A program made the translations under genes and the position numbers. DNA of 64,000 bases, from the IMG/VR virus record IMGVR_UViG_3300023049_000005, positions 73,053 to 137,052 of that record; one strand, written 5' to 3'. This DNA is from a virus. Below are positions 1 to 8,404 of the stretch, one piece after another (position 1 is the first letter of the stretch; every line of letters begins with the position of its first letter). Under the pieces are notes generated by a model that did no database searches, had not been told where the DNA came from, and worked only from the letters and a program-made list of their open reading frames with translations.

Positions 1-87
1 TATGAGTGTGCTGATCAGAGTAGAGAATATCCATTGGATAAAGCTGAAATAAGAGAAAGAAAAATTAATATGTTATTAGAAGTATGA
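1..87 (+). CDS. 3' end of an upstream gene (C-terminal 28 codons, ...YECADQSREYPLDKAEIRERKINMLLEV*)
   Basis: Open frame from window edge to TGA at 85-87; followed by terminator hairpin. Confidence 0.3.
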   Translation, partial: YECADQSREYPLDKAEIRERKINMLLEV

Positions 88-186
88 GAACAGTAAGTAA
101 AAATATCAAAGGTTTTAAAAAGTTTTTTAAGAAGAACTTTATTAGGGACAATACATCCTGATCGGAAATGATTAATAAATGTATAA

Positions 187-219
187 GCCCTAATAGAATA
201 TCTGTTAGGGCTTTTTTTA
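187..219 (+). terminator. Rho-independent terminator (aagccctaa...ttagggctt + T7)
   Basis: 9-bp GC-containing inverted repeat followed by T-run, just before tRNA array. Confidence 0.55.
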
Positions 220-223
220 TATC

Positions 224-297
224 CCCTCTTAACTCAGTTGGCTAGAGTACCGTGCTTTTAACACGGGAGTCGCAAGTTCGAGCCTTGTAGGGGGGAC
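224..297 (+). tRNA. tRNA-Lys (anticodon UUU)
   Basis: Manual fold: acceptor cccctct/agggggg (one G-U), D-arm actc-agttggctaga-gagt, anticodon stem ccgtg/cacgg loop cttttaa, T-arm gcaag-ttcgagc-cttgt, discriminator A. Confidence 0.7.
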
Positions 298-305
298 AAA
301 ATATG

Positions 306-393
306 CAGGTGTATCCGTAGTTGGTCGAACGGTCCCGCCTTTTAAGCGGATGAGTGAAAGCTCCAACGTGGGTTCGAATCCCACCACCTGCAC
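306..393 (+). tRNA. Type-II tRNA (long variable arm with GAAA tetraloop); best fold gives anticodon loop cttttaa = UUU (alternative registration would give Leu-UAA)
   Basis: Acceptor gcaggtg/cacctgc, 3-bp D-stem, anticodon stem ccgc/gcgg, 17-nt variable arm (gagt-gaaa-gctc), T-arm gtggg-ttcgaat-cccac, discriminator A. Confidence 0.6.
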
Positions 394-398
394 AAACG

Positions 399-471
399 GT
401 GATATAGCTCAGTTGGTAGAGCAGTGGATTGAAGATCCACGTGTCGGGGGTTCAAGTCCCTCTATCACCAC
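399..471 (+). tRNA. tRNA-Phe (anticodon GAA)
   Basis: Acceptor ggtgata/tatcacc, D-arm gctc-agttggtaga-gcag, anticodon stem gtgga/tccac loop ttgaaga, T-arm ggggg-ttcaagt-ccctc. Confidence 0.7.
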
Positions 472-479
472 AACATATT

Positions 480-553
480 CCCTCGTAGCTCAGTTGGTTA
501 GAGCTACCGACTTTTAATCGGTAAGTCACAGGTTCGAGTCCTGTCGGGGGAAC
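480..553 (+). tRNA. tRNA-Lys (anticodon UUU); body closely resembles E. coli tRNA-Lys
   Basis: Acceptor tccctcg/cggggga, anticodon stem accga/tcggt loop cttttaa, T-arm acagg-ttcgagt-cctgt. Confidence 0.7.
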
Positions 554-558
554 ATATG

Positions 559-630
559 GAAACTTAGCTGAGACGGTTTAGCGGAAGGTTGAAGACCTTC
601 AGAGGTGGGTTCGATCCCCACAGTTTCCAC
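559..630 (+). tRNA. tRNA-Phe (anticodon GAA), second copy
   Basis: Perfect acceptor ggaaact/agtttcc, D-stem gctg/tagc, anticodon stem gaagg/ccttc loop ttgaaga, T-arm gtggg-ttcgatc-cccac. Confidence 0.6.
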
Positions 631-636
631 AATATT

Positions 637-710
637 CCTTCGTAGCTCAGTTGGCTAGAGTAACTGACTCTTAATCAGTGGGTCACAGGTTCGAGTCCTG
701 TCGGGGGAAC
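637..710 (+). tRNA. tRNA-Lys (anticodon CUU); paralog of 480..553
   Basis: Acceptor tccttcg/cggggga, anticodon stem actga/tcagt loop ctcttaa, T-arm identical to 480..553. Confidence 0.7.
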
Positions 711-748
711 TAATCAGAGGTCGTGGGTTCGAATCCCACCGCCTGTAT
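711..748 (+). pseudogene. Truncated tRNA 3' fragment (part of anticodon/variable region + T-arm gtggg-ttcgaat-cccac + acceptor 3' strand cgcctgt); no 5' half
   Basis: T-arm identical to the type-II tRNA at 306..393; no complementary 5' acceptor strand upstream. Confidence 0.5.
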
Positions 749-801
749 TTATATTAAAGGTTGAAATAAAAGATTATAACGTAGATGAAAATTAAATAAG
801 A

Positions 802-1926
802 TCAAATAATTATTATACCGTCTCTATTAGGCGAAACGCTTAAGATTTTTATTCTCTGATGGAGATTATCTTGTATATAATTAATATATTGTCTAAAGTT
901 AGGATCTTCTAAATCTGCTTTAACCCATGATTTGAAATCATAATATTTACCACCACAATAAATTTTAAGTGGGGTTATATTTTCTAGTACATCAGATTTA
1001 GTCATAATTAAATCAGTTACTCCATTTAATTCTATACTCTCTTTTAATTCATCTAAGTTTAACCAACCACATCTTCTTGGTCTGCCTGTTGTAGCACCAA
1101 ACTCCCCACCTGCCTTCTGTATTCTTTCGCCAAGTTGATTTTTTAATTCAGTTTTCATATCACCATTACCAACTCGTGTTAAATATGATTTAAACACACC
1201 ATATACTTTACCAACACTCTGAGGTGGCATTGCCAACCCTACACATGCACCTGAACTTACTGTATTTGATGAAGTAACATATGGATAAGATCCATGATCA
1301 ATATCTAACATAGTACCTTGTGCGCCCTCTGCTAGTATTTCACCTTCTTGGTTTCTTAACCAATTAGACTTAACGATATTTAATGTTTTAAGAAATTCCA
1401 TACCTACTCTAAAATGTTCGAACTCAAGGAATTCATCTTGGTCTTTACCCATTAAATCAACAGGTTCTATATTTAGATCGTTTCCAATAAAATCCACAAC
1501 TCTATAACCTTCTCGGTATATTTTATCTCGATAACAAGGTCCGATCCCCTTTGGGGTACTACCTATGGTTGACACATTCTCTTTATCTTCCATAAAATGG
1601 AAAGGAGTCACTACGTGTGCGTTTTCTGAAATGAAAATTCTCTCTCTTGCGTTGGGTATATGTTCTTCAACTTCTTTTATTTCTTGCATCAATTGAAATG
1701 GGTCGATAACCATACCATTACCCAAAAAATTCTTTGTGTGTTCATGTACTATACCACTTGGTATTAAGTGTAAAACTATTTTTATTCCATTATGATATAT
1801 CGTATGTCCTGCGTTTGCACCGCCCTGATATCTAGCAACAATATCATATTTTTTAGACAACATATCTGTTATCTTTCCTTTTCCTTCGTCTCCAAATTGA
1901 AGCCCTACTAATACGTCCATAAACAA
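802..1926 (-). CDS. purA: Adenylosuccinate synthetase (PurA family; PurZ-like alternative not excluded)
   Basis: 374 aa; near-identical N-terminal motifs to E. coli PurA (GDEGKGKI, YQGGANAGHT, LHLIPSG), GAQG..LDIDHG.YPYVTSS, GATTGRPRRCGW, TKSD (GTP-specificity K/D retained). Confidence 0.9.
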   Translation of the reverse strand: MFMDVLVGLQFGDEGKGKITDMLSKKYDIVARYQGGANAGHTIYHNGIKIVLHLIPSGIVHEHTKNFLGNGMVIDPFQLMQEIKEVEEHIPNARERIFISENAHVVTPFHFMEDKENVSTIGSTPKGIGPCYRDKIYREGYRVVDFIGNDLNIEPVDLMGKDQDEFLEFEHFRVGMEFLKTLNIVKSNWLRNQEGEILAEGAQGTMLDIDHGSYPYVTSSNTVSSGACVGLAMPPQSVGKVYGVFKSYLTRVGNGDMKTELKNQLGERIQKAGGEFGATTGRPRRCGWLNLDELKESIELNGVTDLIMTKSDVLENITPLKIYCGGKYYDFKSWVKADLEDPNFRQYINYIQDNLHQRIKILSVSPNRDGIIII

Positions 1927-1985
1927 TGATTATTTTATTATTCTATTACTTTAGGGCATATATGTTTAAATAAAACTCTCTTATT

Positions 1986-1996
1986 TTAATATATAA
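1986..1996 (+). promoter_or_regulatory. TTAATATATAA motif 3 nt upstream of start codon
   Basis: Member of recurring start-proximal motif family. Confidence 0.3.
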
Positions 1997-1999
1997 TAT

Positions 2000-2674
2000 A
2001 TGATTAAGAACTTTAAACAATTTATGATAGAAGCAACTTCATATCATAAATTAAATGATGATGATGAATATAATATTACGAAGACTATAAGAGATGATGG
2101 ACATAATTATCAATATTGTGATGGTATATTATACGAACTTTCGGGGAATGATACGAAGGTTAGTGTAGATGAAGTAGAACAAACAGAAGAAAATATGGTT
2201 TATTCAGATCAAATCAAAAGGTATATACAATATTTTAACGAAGGTGGTATAACACAAACTTTCCCTGTTCAATCAAGTCCACTAGGCGACTGTACTAATT
2301 TAGAAGCTATGTTAGAGTATTTAGATGAACCTGATAATTTTGATATGGCTTGGGATCTTTTATCTAAATATCACAGGAAGTTATTTGATATGGATAAATT
2401 TGATATCGTAAGTGATCCTGATTCATTTGGGTTTAATGATGAAATGAAGCTATCACAAATAACTAATATAAAAGATTTAGACGATGCTTATAATGAAGAT
2501 ATAATGGAAGATGAAGACAGAGAAGGTGACTATGATGAAGAATTGTACTTAGGGTTTAGTACTATATTAGAATATTGGAAAGAAAACAAAGAGTATACAC
2601 TTACTGATTTTAATCATAGGTTCGCTGCTTTAGTAGAGATGGGTAGAAAATATATACTAGTAGAAGAGGTATAA
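2000..2674 (+). CDS. Hypothetical acidic protein
   Basis: 224-aa ORF; TTAATATATAA motif 3 nt upstream of ATG. Confidence 0.5.
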   Translation: MIKNFKQFMIEATSYHKLNDDDEYNITKTIRDDGHNYQYCDGILYELSGNDTKVSVDEVEQTEENMVYSDQIKRYIQYFNEGGITQTFPVQSSPLGDCTNLEAMLEYLDEPDNFDMAWDLLSKYHRKLFDMDKFDIVSDPDSFGFNDEMKLSQITNIKDLDDAYNEDIMEDEDREGDYDEELYLGFSTILEYWKENKEYTLTDFNHRFAALVEMGRKYILVEEV

Positions 2675-2706
2675 ATACCAAAAAAAGTAACAAAAAAAAA
2701 CATTTA

Positions 2707-3894
2707 ATGGAAAGATCGATTAATGATATACTAAGGGAACAAAGAGAAAAGAGAGAAGAAGAACAAAAGTTATACGAAGATAAATATACTGAACACCAAA
2801 AGTATATAGAGCATATCAAACCTTTAAGACGAATGTATGAATCTATAGCAGCAGCTTCAACTTCTAACGCAGGTGCAGGTGGTAGTAGAAAAGAATTAGT
2901 TTTAGTTGAAGTAGACCAAGCCGCTACTGATACATTTAGGTATCAACAACCAACAGAATATGATACGATAAACGATTTAATATACTTATCAACCTCTGAC
3001 ACAACTCACAATGATCCATTATATATTACAGAAAGCGATGGACAAGGTAAATTTATCAGCTTTTTAGATACTGGCTATATAGTTCCAATAGCATTCCAAA
3101 CTTCTTATTATAAAGCAAGTACACATAATTTTTATTCTATGACCACAGAAGGTATTGTTGAGGTTAATATATCAGTTGATGGTTTTGCTAATTCTTCAAC
3201 ATCAGCTACGATAAGCTCATATTTTGAGGATCAGTTATATCCCGAAACAGGCATATTTTCAATACTATATGTCGAGGGTGATTTATTATATTGTGTGAAA
3301 TCTTTAGAAAAAGCAGATATCCCAAACGAGTGGTTAGTTATTGACAAATCAACAGGAGATATTATAAGCAGAACAAATACTACATATGTTGGAAACCAAG
3401 AGTTTCAAGCACCACGTGGGTATTTTGATCCTAATACTAACAAGTATTATTTTATACACTTTGCTAACGAGACATCATATTGGGATATAGGTGATGTGGA
3501 AGCTTTTTTCCCACCACCAATTAACCCAACAGGAGTTTTCACATATAGAGTATTTGATTTTAATACTATGACAGAAACTACATATTCTACATTAGATGTT
3601 GGAGTAGCTAAGGAATATTACTTAGGTCGTATAAGAAGAATTGTATCCGAAACTACTTGGGAATTATATGCAAATATCGGAACTACATTCGCTTTACTTA
3701 CAATAGACATAACAACAGGTAAGGTAGTAAAAGAATTAGTTAGTGATAAAGAGTTTCCTACTAACACATCTAATTTTTCTGCTTATCTCACTACTAATCC
3801 AATTATATTCTTTAATGACGTTGGTAGAGGTTCTGAAATTAAAGTTATTATGAATCAAACCGATTTCCGTGAATTAGCATTAGTATTAAAATAA
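2707..3894 (+). CDS. Hypothetical protein
   Basis: 395-aa ORF, tight spacing with neighbours. Confidence 0.5.
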   Translation: MERSINDILREQREKREEEQKLYEDKYTEHQKYIEHIKPLRRMYESIAAASTSNAGAGGSRKELVLVEVDQAATDTFRYQQPTEYDTINDLIYLSTSDTTHNDPLYITESDGQGKFISFLDTGYIVPIAFQTSYYKASTHNFYSMTTEGIVEVNISVDGFANSSTSATISSYFEDQLYPETGIFSILYVEGDLLYCVKSLEKADIPNEWLVIDKSTGDIISRTNTTYVGNQEFQAPRGYFDPNTNKYYFIHFANETSYWDIGDVEAFFPPPINPTGVFTYRVFDFNTMTETTYSTLDVGVAKEYYLGRIRRIVSETTWELYANIGTTFALLTIDITTGKVVKELVSDKEFPTNTSNFSAYLTTNPIIFFNDVGRGSEIKVIMNQTDFRELALVLK

Positions 3895-3945
3895 TATTAA
3901 CTAAGTTATGTTTTTAATATATAAGAAAAATAACCCCTTAGGATT

Positions 3946-4569
3946 ATGACAATATATGATTTACTAAAAGAATACGGATATGATGCAAATGACTTAAAAG
4001 CGAGATTTAAGAATAAGCAAATTGAATTGAATGGCGAAGTAGTGGATAAAAATGAAAAGATTGGTTTTGTAAAAGAAGTTTTTAGTCAAGGATTTTTTAT
4101 GGAAAAGCTATATGAATTACCATTTTATCCTGATTTCTCAGATCAATTAATTTTTATCGGTATTGAAAATTTAATACATGGAGAAAGTAATATCAAAAAT
4201 GAGATGACTGAATTCTTAAAAGATTATAATATGTTAAAAGTATCTAAAACTAAAGCTATTTTCTTTAGTACTTTTGATGAAAAACCTGAAGGTGATACAA
4301 TAAAAATTCAATTCCATGTTGACACTAAAGGTAAGTATGAGCAAGAGTATGAAATACCTGAGGAAAAGGATGAATCAGAAGTTATCGATAAGCTAAAAGC
4401 TGATATCGATAAAGTAGAAAAACAATTATCAAACCCAGGTTTTGTTAACAACGCACCTAAGTTTAAAGTAGATGCTGCTAAGAACAGATTAGAAACTTTA
4501 AAGAAAAAGTTAGCTGATATGGGCGTAAATGAATCTAAAGGTATTAAGAGATTTAAAGACTTTAACTAA
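3946..4569 (+). CDS. Hypothetical protein
   Basis: 207-aa ORF; TTAATATATAAG motif ~20 nt upstream. Confidence 0.5.
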   Translation: MTIYDLLKEYGYDANDLKARFKNKQIELNGEVVDKNEKIGFVKEVFSQGFFMEKLYELPFYPDFSDQLIFIGIENLIHGESNIKNEMTEFLKDYNMLKVSKTKAIFFSTFDEKPEGDTIKIQFHVDTKGKYEQEYEIPEEKDESEVIDKLKADIDKVEKQLSNPGFVNNAPKFKVDAAKNRLETLKKKLADMGVNESKGIKRFKDFN

Positions 4570-4590
4570 TATACTCAGGAGCATGTTTAT

Positions 4591-4833
4591 TTAACATCTT
4601 TCAGCAAATTCTATATTTCCCCCTTCTTCGTTTTCTTTATTTAGATTCATACTGATCCACGTATTTTCATCGGGTTCAGATATATCCTTAGTTGTCTGTA
4701 ATCTATTGTCTGTAATTGTAGGAGCATTAGTCCACGCAAGTTGTCTTCTAGTCCCTGCTTTGAATGCCTCTCTACATTTAATTTCTAATTCTTCTGAGGT
4801 ATATACCTTTTTGTTTTTCGAATCCATAAACAC
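4591..4833 (-). CDS. Hypothetical small protein
   Basis: 80-aa ORF in the gap between convergent/divergent genes; compositionally like neighbours. Confidence 0.35.
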   Translation of the reverse strand: MFMDSKNKKVYTSEELEIKCREAFKAGTRRQLAWTNAPTITDNRLQTTKDISEPDENTWISMNLNKENEEGGNIEFAERC

Positions 4834-4850
4834 AAATGTAATAATATTTT

Positions 4851-5324
4851 ATGTACTTTTGTACTATGACAGAAAATCAATTAAAAAATATCTGTAATTT
4901 TTCATTCATTTTTTTATCCTTAAATATTTATAAAGAGAGTGATATTTATATTTTAGGAAAGTGGAAAGCTATAATTGATGATGGGGATAGAATTATTGTT
5001 GATGATAAAAATAATCCTATTATATACGAAGAAGATATCGTTCCCCATTATATGTTTGGATCAGTAGTTTTAGATTCGAAATTTATTTCTATTTTCTCTT
5101 TATTGTCTGATATAAAAGAGCTATATAGAGATGTCAAATTTACTAGAAGACCATTTACATTAGATAACTTATTAGAAATTTATAGAAAATATATTGATAT
5201 AGAGCTTGTCAATAACCATTATACTGATTTTGTTATTCATGCGAATCTATTACAGTCTAGAAATGAGTGGTTAGAATTTCCTATTAATAGTAGAACATAT
5301 ACCTTAGAATTGTTTACTGATTGA
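4851..5324 (+). CDS. Hypothetical protein (true start may be the internal Met at 4866)
   Basis: 157-aa ORF. Confidence 0.45.
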   Translation: MYFCTMTENQLKNICNFSFIFLSLNIYKESDIYILGKWKAIIDDGDRIIVDDKNNPIIYEEDIVPHYMFGSVVLDSKFISIFSLLSDIKELYRDVKFTRRPFTLDNLLEIYRKYIDIELVNNHYTDFVIHANLLQSRNEWLEFPINSRTYTLELFTD

Positions 5325-5673
5325 GAACTTTATTTAAGTGAGATAACCCGTAATATATCTCGGTTACTCTTACTTTTATAACAGCTTGCCTACCTTGGTT
5401 ATTGTAATTAGCGTTCTTTTTCTTGATAAGTGCAGTTAACCATATGTAATCACCACGACTAATATCTTTAGGTACAGACATATCAAAAGTAACTGCGGAC
5501 TCATCTATTTCACTTTCTTCTAGGTTTTCTTTCTCACTAGTAGATGGATCTTCATCTAATACATCAATGATGTGATCGATTTCCCATTCACTAGGATCAA
5601 ACTTTTCTCCATCTGACTCTTCTTCTGATAAAGAGAGGTCAAAGTCTTTGAATTTTTTAATATTATCTTTCAT
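5314..5673 (-). CDS. Hypothetical acidic protein
   Basis: 119-aa ORF; TATATATA motif upstream on minus strand. Confidence 0.5.
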   Translation of the reverse strand: MKDNIKKFKDFDLSLSEEESDGEKFDPSEWEIDHIIDVLDEDPSTSEKENLEESEIDESAVTFDMSVPKDISRGDYIWLTALIKKKNANYNNQGRQAVIKVRVTEIYYGLSHLNKVLNQ

Positions 5674-5701
5674 ATAGTATATATAAAAGATAGAAGGTCA
5701 A

Positions 5702-6091
5702 TTAATTATTTAATTCACCTACGTAATCTCTGATCTCTCTAATCAACTTAGATTCTTCTACGTTTGGATATTCTCCTTTAAGAGTTTCATATAGCTTGTT
5801 TTCTTCATCTCTTAGATTCTCTATTTTCTCATTAATGGGAATATAAATATGTTCAAGTTTCTTAGATTCTATCTCGAAGTCTTTTAGTTTATCCATGATA
5901 TCTTCTCTGTATTGTTCATCAGAAGTATAATCATCAGTATTATCTTTGATCTTAATAAGACCCTGTAATACTTCTTCGATGCCCGTTTTATTTTTTTCTA
6001 ATTCTTCGGTTAAGTGTCCCATTTGGCTACTCAACTCTAAAAAATCTTTTTTAATCCTTTTGGCTTGTTCTAAATATTTCTTATTTATCAT
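5702..6091 (-). CDS. Hypothetical coiled-coil protein
   Basis: 129-aa ORF, start overlaps stop of upstream gene (ATGA). Confidence 0.5.
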   Translation of the reverse strand: MINKKYLEQAKRIKKDFLELSSQMGHLTEELEKNKTGIEEVLQGLIKIKDNTDDYTSDEQYREDIMDKLKDFEIESKKLEHIYIPINEKIENLRDEENKLYETLKGEYPNVEESKLIREIRDYVGELNN

Positions 6092-7023
6092 GACTTACTA
6101 TTTGATTTTCTGCTTTTAACATATTTTTCAATACTCTGCTTGATTTGATCTTCTAATATTTTAGGATCTTCCATTAACTTATTAAAGATATATCTACTAT
6201 AATATTCAACAGGAGATTCATCGAAATCAAAGTTATCTTCCAAGAACTTAAATACTGTCTTATCGGGTATCTTTTCGTCAATTTTAAGATCTACTTTAAG
6301 GCTATGTGTTTTCTTAGCATTATCATATACTTTATTGCCTTTCTGAACTTCTTGTTGTTCCCTATCTAATCTTTGTTGTTCCCTATCTAATCTTTGTTGT
6401 TCAATTCTAGCATTTACATCTACTGCTTTAGGTTTTTCTTTTTTATCATATGCTAGATCTTCCAATGTAGCATCCGCACTCAGTTTTTCTTTTCCTTTAG
6501 ATGGGTTTGGTGTTTGTTTCCCATACTTATTAAGAAGCTCTTGTTCTTGCTCATCAGGTGTTAACTGTCTAGGTTGATGTTGTTCAACAACACTTGTGTT
6601 ACCAACATTAGGTTGGCGTTTTTCTACAACATTACCACTCATCTTTATATGTGATTGTTGACCATGTAGACCTAAATTAACAGGTGATAAATTAACATCT
6701 CCATCATCCCCAATAGAAATAGATCTATCATTAGTACTAGGGTTTGGGTTAGCGTTATTATTAACACTATTGTTGATACCTTCTAGCATTTGCTCGTATC
6801 TATTCTTAGGTGGATTTGGATCAGGGTTATGTCTTTCGACTACTGATTGGCTTTCGTTTATACTTTGGTTGTTATTGGCTTCACTAATTTGTTTATAAAA
6901 ACTAGAATCAGATAATCTCTCCACGGCTACTCGTTCACCGTTGTTTAATGTAGCGATATTGCTCTCTACGTTTTCAACTTTGACTACCCTTCCTTTACTA
7001 TCTTCAAATTTTAATCCCTTCAT
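6088..7023 (-). CDS. Hypothetical protein with internal tandem repeat (QQRLDRE x2) and N/P/S-rich low-complexity region
   Basis: 311-aa ORF; 21-nt perfect tandem repeat at 6355..6400. Confidence 0.5.
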   Translation of the reverse strand: MKGLKFEDSKGRVVKVENVESNIATLNNGERVAVERLSDSSFYKQISEANNNQSINESQSVVERHNPDPNPPKNRYEQMLEGINNSVNNNANPNPSTNDRSISIGDDGDVNLSPVNLGLHGQQSHIKMSGNVVEKRQPNVGNTSVVEQHQPRQLTPDEQEQELLNKYGKQTPNPSKGKEKLSADATLEDLAYDKKEKPKAVDVNARIEQQRLDREQQRLDREQQEVQKGNKVYDNAKKTHSLKVDLKIDEKIPDKTVFKFLEDNFDFDESPVEYYSRYIFNKLMEDPKILEDQIKQSIEKYVKSRKSNSKS

Positions 7024-7078
7024 AATTAAGGCTTTATTTTACTTATATAGAAAAAAACCACACTTTTGTTTAAAAAAA

Positions 7079-7112
7079 TAAGGGAGAAATATAAAAATAT
7101 TTCTCCCTTATC
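7079..7112 (-). terminator. Rho-independent terminator downstream of the gp32-like gene (aagggagaaatat...atatttctccctt)
   Basis: 13-bp inverted repeat flanked by A/T runs. Confidence 0.55.
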
Positions 7113-7133
7113 AATTTTTGATGACTATTCTTA

Positions 7134-8237
7134 TTAAAAGTCTAGTTCATCGAAGTCGTCGTCACCGACAGTTACTTCATCATCATCAAAACTTTCTAAT
7201 TCATCTGAATCACCACCATCATCCACATCATCAAAAGAGAACTCTTCGGGTTTTGTAGAGTCGTTAGAACTTGAACTACTAAAAGTTTTAGAAGATGCTT
7301 TTCCTGTTAAGAAATCGATAGCTTCTGATACTTTCTTTTGCATTTCTTCGTTCCATGCTTTACCTGCGAAAGATTCTAAATCAATATCTCTTGAAAGTAA
7401 CATGTTAACGATCTTTTCTTGGTGTTCTTTCTTGAACTTACCATCTTCCATAGGAACTCTGATGAATTTATATGATCCATCTTCTTCCTTAGCGATTGGA
7501 ATAGTTGTTGTTTCATCATAGAATCTACTCTTAGTGTAATCAGGAGCAGTAACTTCTTTGCCGTCTTGATTAGTGAAAGTATTCTCTTTGGCTAAAAGAA
7601 CAAAGTCTTTGCCTGTTTTTGGAGAAAATACATCACATGGTACACCTGTTGCTTCACCTTCTTTCTCACTTACGATAATGTCTTTGATTTGCTTTCCGTA
7701 AGAGAAAACCATGATTTTACCAACTAATTCAGGTTGTTGCTCATCTTCCAATATTAATACGTAAGAAAAATATTTCTTTTGGTATTTAATCTGATTAGCT
7801 TTCTCTTTCAAGATTGCGTTATCTGATTTACTTAATTGAAAGTAAGTTGTCGCCAAAGGACCGTACTTATCAGTAGAGTGTGGCTTCATTGTTTTAGGGT
7901 TGATGTTCGTTGGATCATCATAATACCCTCTTACATGAGACATTGCCTCGTTTTGGATATTTAGGTAGTGAGTCACTTTCTCAAAGTGAGCAGGACCTGA
8001 TGCTACTTCCATATCCTCATTGTACTTATCACCCGCATATGCTTTCATATACTCGTGGTTGTTTGTGAAGTTAGGTAGGAAACGCAATTTGGCTCTATAG
8101 CCCCTTGCTTTGTTTTCTGAACTAACTTTTTCTAGGTCTACTCTATATAGACCATCTTGTCCCCTTTCGGTACTTTTCTCCTCAAAGGACGTTTTTTTGC
8201 TTAATTTTTCGTCATCGAATAAATCTTCTGAATACAT
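7134..8237 (-). CDS. Single-stranded DNA-binding protein, T4 gp32-like
   Basis: 367 aa; AKLRFLPNF matches T4 gp32 AVIRFLPSK region; acidic Asp/Glu-rich C-terminal tail as in gp32. Confidence 0.7.
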   Translation of the reverse strand: MYSEDLFDDEKLSKKTSFEEKSTERGQDGLYRVDLEKVSSENKARGYRAKLRFLPNFTNNHEYMKAYAGDKYNEDMEVASGPAHFEKVTHYLNIQNEAMSHVRGYYDDPTNINPKTMKPHSTDKYGPLATTYFQLSKSDNAILKEKANQIKYQKKYFSYVLILEDEQQPELVGKIMVFSYGKQIKDIIVSEKEGEATGVPCDVFSPKTGKDFVLLAKENTFTNQDGKEVTAPDYTKSRFYDETTTIPIAKEEDGSYKFIRVPMEDGKFKKEHQEKIVNMLLSRDIDLESFAGKAWNEEMQKKVSEAIDFLTGKASSKTFSSSSSNDSTKPEEFSFDDVDDGGDSDELESFDDDEVTVGDDDFDELDF

Positions 8238-8404
8238 AATTTAATTACTTTTTTTTTCTGCTAACTCTTGCTAGTTATGCTATTTATGTGCTACTATGTT
8301 ATATAGATTCTTTGTTATAAAGTTTAAAACTAACTCGTTAATTTCCAAATCCTTTAATATAACTTTTTAATATATAAGTAAATAGAAAAAAGTTTTAAAA
8401 AGAG

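Noticed and set aside
84-161. 26-codon basic ORF (MRTVSKNIKGFKKFFKKNFIRDNTS) overlapping the upstream stop as ATGA
   Set aside because: Too short to support without homologs; noted only as possible translationally coupled mini-gene.
306-393. Calling the type-II tRNA as tRNA-Leu(UAA)
   Set aside because: Requires an anticodon stem with two wobbles and a mismatch and three nucleotides between D- and anticodon stems; the ccgc/gcgg stem with loop cttttaa is far better. Reported as ambiguous instead.
711-748. tRNA fragment as prophage attachment site / integrative element boundary
   Set aside because: No integrase, excisionase or repeated att core found in the window; context is a lytic T4-like genome.
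802-1926. PurZ (Z-genome 2-aminoadenine pathway) identity for the PurA homolog
   Set aside because: Provisionally not adopted: GTP-specificity Lys/Asp (TKSD) and Asp13/His41 equivalents are PurA-like, and no DatZ/MazZ/DpoZ-like genes are visible here. Kept as an alternative in the findings because residue-level discrimination from memory is unreliable.
2610-2819. Minus ORF with Cys/Ser/Leu-rich low-complexity product; also 4706..4897, 15034..15252, 20796..21002, 21120..21326, 30799..30984, 37494..37676, 48966..49244, 49445..49651
   Set aside because: Overlap better ORFs or intergenic A/T-rich sequence; compositionally atypical.
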